Positions 13,200 through 14,630 of a stretch of DNA of 14,630 nucleotides are shown piece by piece. The stretch lies in the IMG/VR virus record IMGVR_UViG_3300029288_004479. One strand, written 5' to 3'. The DNA comes from a virus (Duplodnaviria; Heunggongvirae; Uroviricota; Caudoviricetes). Under the pieces are notes generated by a model, which ran no database searches, had not been told where the DNA came from, and worked only from the letters and a program-made list of their open reading frames with translations. Position 1 is the first letter of the stretch, and each line of letters opens with the position of its first letter. A program made the position numbers and the translations under genes.

Positions 13200-13373
13200 A
13201 TGACATATAAAACCCCATTTGATGAATATTCATTGGTGGAAATGTTACGCGATTGGGAGATCGATGCAACAACAGCCGGTAACCTTGAAGAAGCAAAAGC
13301 ATATCGGCGTGTAATTAACAGTGTATTAAATGGTGTTGTAAATCAAAGACCTCACGTAAAATACAGGATATAA
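13200..13373 (+). CDS. Small hypothetical protein, 57 aa (not in the ORF track)
   Basis: MTYKTPFDEYSLVEMLRDWEIDATTAGNLEEAKAYRRVINSVLNGVVNQRPHVKYRI*; stop is 3 nt before the aglB start. Confidence 0.55.
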   Translation: MTYKTPFDEYSLVEMLRDWEIDATTAGNLEEAKAYRRVINSVLNGVVNQRPHVKYRI

Positions 13374-13376
13374 ATT

Positions 13377-14630
13377 ATGAAGATTCCAGACCTCAAAAAC
13401 AGAAACACATGGGCAATTATATCGATTGTAACCTTTTTTACAATCTTTGCTCTCTGGCTACGGCTACTGCCGCTGCTGACATTAGGCAATGCAGATAATA
13501 TGAATATCGTGGGGAGCGACGACCCGTTGTATAACCTGCGCCTTGTTGAACATATGCTTGCGAACAACATGAACTATCCGTGGTTCGATGCGATGACACA
13601 ATATCCGATTGGAACACCAGTATATTGGGGGCCATTATTCACGACAGTGATCGCAATCGCATGCCTTCTTGTTGGAGCAACAACCCGCCCGGAGATCCTT
13701 AATGTTTTACTGATAGTCCCGCCGTTAATGGGAGTTGCACTTGTTCCGGTTATGTATTATGCGGGAAAGGTCTGTGGCGACTGGAAAACCGGTTTAATCA
13801 CGTCGGGATTTACAGCAGTTATTGCAGGGACATTTTTCTACAGGTCGATCTATGGATATGCCGATCACCACATTGCAGAAGTATTATTCTCGGCGATATT
13901 CTGTCTGTTATATATGTATACGCTCCTGTCGGAGAAAGACAAGAAGATCGATCTGAAAGATATCGGGACGTATAAAAGTGCACTTCTCCTCGCATTTATA
14001 ACGGGTATTGCGTATTTCCTCGGTTTAATGGTAATGCCGACAATGATCTTGTTTGCAATGATAGCGGGGATATACACGATCCTACAGTTTATTATCGATA
14101 GGTTTAGAGGGAAATCAAGTGAATACTTATTAATTATTAACGCCGTGGTCTTTACAGTAGTAACGGTCAGTCTTCTGGTATTCGGACTGAAAAACACAAC
14201 CGGTCTGGATCTTACAACATATTCAATAGGTCATATATATGCATATATAGGTTTAATTGCCGGTTCGGTTATTTTATACGCGCTCCAGCAATACCTTACA
14301 TCTAAAGACAAACTCTATTACCCGGGAGTGATTGCAGGTATTGGTATAGTTACTGCGGTAATCCTGAGTATAGTTAACCCCCAATTATACTCGTTGTTTA
14401 TCAGCAACTTCTTCTCGTTCTTCGGGCAGGTAAGTATTACAAACACCGTTCAGGAAGCGAGAGGATGGACAATGGAACTGGCATGGTCAACGTTCAATTA
14501 CAGTATTATCTTGATGATTGGCGGATTCTTGGTGATGTTATATAACAATATCAAGGATGACAGACCGGAACAGGTATTTGCAATGGTTTGGTCAGTTATT
14601 ATCTTTGCGTCTACATGGCAACACGTCCGG
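13377..14630 (+). CDS. aglB: Oligosaccharyltransferase AglB (STT3 family), 5' portion, runs off the window end
   Basis: Translated by hand, 418 codons with no stop: MKIPDLKNRNTW...LRLLP...GSDDPLYNLRLVE...YPWFDAMTQYP.GTPVYWGPLF...PPLMG...FFYRSIYGYADHHIAEVLF...TVQEARGW...STWQHVR. Contains the catalytic D, DxH and TIXE-like motifs. Confidence 0.95.
   Translation, partial: MKIPDLKNRNTWAIISIVTFFTIFALWLRLLPLLTLGNADNMNIVGSDDPLYNLRLVEHMLANNMNYPWFDAMTQYPIGTPVYWGPLFTTVIAIACLLVGATTRPEILNVLLIVPPLMGVALVPVMYYAGKVCGDWKTGLITSGFTAVIAGTFFYRSIYGYADHHIAEVLFSAIFCLLYMYTLLSEKDKKIDLKDIGTYKSALLLAFITGIAYFLGLMVMPTMILFAMIAGIYTILQFIIDRFRGKSSEYLLIINAVVFTVVTVSLLVFGLKNTTGLDLTTYSIGHIYAYIGLIAGSVILYALQQYLTSKDKLYYPGVIAGIGIVTAVILSIVNPQLYSLFISNFFSFFGQVSITNTVQEARGWTMELAWSTFNYSIILMIGGFLVMLYNNIKDDRPEQVFAMVWSVIIFASTWQHVR

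Noticed and set aside
13159-13203. 14-codon ORF MVAIVKIIKTDTQQ* bridging two genes with overlapping start and stop
   Set aside because: Too short to support; may be a coupling remnant or chance

Overview
A gene-dense, AT-rich window with essentially all credible genes on the + strand. It most resembles an archaeal virus or other extrachromosomal element of a methanogen, probably Methanomicrobiales; this is inferred from an AglB and a PyrE of that type, a tRNA intron with a bulge-helix-bulge motif, TATA boxes and GGAGG-type RBSs. In order it holds: a two-hydrophobic-helix, capsid-like protein with a Gly-rich insert; an ORF-less ~315 bp IS200/IS605-type element folded into many hairpins, followed by a diverged copy of the first gene's 3' end; two ParB-like proteins; small Cys-rich proteins; a TrpF-like TIM barrel; an archaeal histone with a basic C-terminal tail; nine tRNA genes grouped by amino acid (Pro x2, Gln x2, Thr x3, Lys with a 40-nt intron, Asp), interrupted by a frameshifted, divergent pyrE and ~500 nt of structured non-coding DNA that includes a tandem ~150-nt unit with compensatory base changes; an HNH endonuclease; an AIM24 protein; small membrane proteins; and the 5' 418 codons of an oligosaccharyltransferase (aglB) that the ORF track missed because it runs off the window. 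All homology calls are from motif recognition by eye; no searches were run.
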